This document shows, piece by piece, positions 61,779 to 64,000 of a stretch of 64,000 nucleotides of DNA; positions within the stretch are counted from its first letter, which is position 1; each line of letters opens with the position of its first letter. Position numbers and translations under genes: made by a program. The DNA is from Blasia pusilla (lineage: Eukaryota): NCBI GenBank assembly GCA_050084515.1, contig CM114271.1:26722001-26786000 (forward strand), read 5' to 3'. The notes below the pieces were generated by a model. That model saw nothing but the letters and a program-made list of their open reading frames with translations, did not search any database and was not told the origin of the DNA.

Positions 61779-64000
61779 CGTGTGCATACATATCGCTACA
61801 CAACATACATCGCTGGTCACATCTACACCACATAACATTGATCTTCCCCACACACAGGTCGATCCACACATGTACAAAAATCAACTAATACATATACATG
61901 GAGATCACACAACAAAAATAAAGAGTAGTAAAAATGGCACACCCGGCCTAAAACTCCACTCCTCAATCTACATCGACATATCGAGCCTCGTCCACCATGT
62001 GCTATCAAGGAATCCGGACGCTAGCACCCTAGTCCTATCTCACACACATACAAGAAAGGTGCTCCAACGTCCCAACATGAGAAAGATGGCTTAGGAAATC
62101 CATCTTCCTCTCTTATATAGGGTTGGGAAGAGCCAAAAGGCTTTTCCCCTAAAAATAGCCCTCCCCTTGGTAACTTGCGCGCACAAGTTACCAAGGGCAA
62201 GTGACCTGGTCAACAAGTCACCCGGTTGTGAAAGACCTCAACATGAAAGTTTTCCGAAATGACGTTCCTTACACAATAGACCTATCCTCAACCTCATCCG
62301 ACACCGTGGGACAAAGTTACACTCAAGATAGTCCACTGGCTCCTACGCCCTATCCACGATAGATCTCGGCCTATCGGCTACTCATATGTGACAGCTGTCG
62401 TGCGCATACATATCGCTACACAACATATATCGTTGGTCATATCTACACCACACAACACCGATCTTTCCGACACACGGGTCAATCCACACATGTACAAAAA
62501 TCAACTCATACATATACATGGAGATCACGCAACCGCCCCCCTAGCTGGCACTTGGATCCCCCCAACTCCAGATAGAAAATATCACATCCCTCTCTTACAT
62601 GATCTACTACCCTATACACATCTCGGACACATCCATCGTCCCGTGGGAACCACATCAAGAGGGGGGGTCAGATATGACATATGCCACCCTCGAGAACAAC
62701 CATCACATACCAACATGGTGGCTGCATCCCTTGCAGATCCGCACAACATACACCTCAAGCCTCTGCGGTACCACTATCAAGCTCGGATCCACCATCCCAT
62801 CTACGTTCGGAAGATGACATGGCGCTCAATTCCGCACATGATCCTTCCAAACCATACCATCCCGTCCCATCCCTGACGCCAAGGATTCCTGCCGACTAAA
62901 GCGATAACCCATAGCCAACCATGGCAATTGTAGGTCCTACTCCCTCAATTGTCCCCGTTGCAAGCCATGCTTGCGCAATCCTCTCTTCACCGTCTGTACC
63001 ACTCTCTCCGCCAACCCATCCGCCTCAGGATGATCTCAGGACGTGGTGTGGTGATCTATCAGCGCCTGATCACACAAGGCATGAAACTCTCCCCTGAACT
63101 CGGTACCCTGGTCAGTCAACACCTCCGTCGGTGCACCAAAGTGACTAAGCACACAATCTAGAAACGCATAAGCTGTTCCCTCGCTCGCCCTGTCTGGAAG
63201 TGCCACCAACTCTATCCACTTGGAGAAATGCTCCACCATAACCAACACATACCTATGATGACGCCCCGTCAATGGCAAAGGTCCCGCAAAGTCTAAACTC
63301 CACCGATAACCTAAACCCGTAATCGGCAAAGGATGTAACTGCGGAGTGGGAGCATTGAAGGATGCTCGCACTCTATCACATACCATACATCTAGCCACAA
63401 ACTGCTGTACCCCACTATGCATGTCGCGCCTCCAAGAGTGAACTGGAGTAAGTTGTAAGTACGCTTTACTCCAAAATGTTCCAACTCCTCATGGGCATGT
63501 CGCACTACACTTGCTCGCTGGGAAGGATGAGGTACCACTCGTATCCTATCATCTCCCCATACCCGCAAAATATAAGTCCCCTCCCACCTGAACCTCCTGG
63601 CTCTCTGAAGGATCCGATCCCGCTCTCTAGCACTCAATGTACTCACTATGACGCCAGTGCGCAAGAACTCCACAACCTCCACGTCGTCATGGATATCACG
63701 ATCACGTGTCGCCTCCTCACTAACCTCCGGATCCAAAGACTCATCATCCAACCCCACCACTGGAGTCGTCACCTGTGGCTGACCTGCCATAGTCAACCAA
63801 CAAAGTTAGGCAGATGCATGCCAATCAGGCATCGTCTCCTCATCACTCTCTCCGTGCCATCGAGCTCCTGTGTCGTCTCTCAGACTCGGACATGGGTTAC
63901 GACTCAACCCATCCGCATCCTGGTTCAGCCGACCTGGCCTATGAACCACCTCAAAGTCATACTCCTATAGTAATAGAGCTCACCTGGCAAGCTTTCTCGT
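61779..64000 (-). mobile_element. Degenerate Ty3/gypsy LTR retrotransposon (integrase, PHD finger, 3' LTR); runs off the window end
   Basis: Integrase zinc-binding HEELEHFG...CMVCDR. Core WSLDFAGPLP...VEHFSKW...LTDQGTEF...DGLAERVVQTVK. PHD finger at 62752-62612. PPT-like AGGGGGGCGG. The LTR region is homologous to 13900-14612. Confidence 0.9.

Overview
Eukaryotic nuclear DNA, most consistent with a non-seed land plant (bryophyte-like; inferred from gene and TE content). Six spliced or intronless genes could be reconstructed by hand: (1) a 7-exon MinC C-terminal-domain protein fused to a hydrophobic membrane domain (17002-23927, -), head-to-head with (2) ERG28 (24343-27262, +); (3) a ~1340-aa coiled-coil protein with eight exons and only phase-0 introns (30349-37369, +); (4) mitochondrial ribosomal protein mS34 (38741-39636, -); (5) an intronless ARIADNE RBR E3 ligase whose C-terminal RanBP2 zinc finger is out of frame (52780-54387, +); (6) ispF/MDS (56909-58183, -). 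The rest is decayed transposon sequence. It includes two inverted copies of one Ty3/gypsy family, which together suggest an element carrying a cytosine-methyltransferase-like segment after the protease and a PHD finger after the integrase. There is also a P-element/THAP9-like transposase relic, Harbinger/Tourist MITEs with TSDs, Helitron-type ends, an unclassified repeat family with coding remnants, and several near-perfect hairpins. All calls come from manual reading and motif recall; no searches were run.
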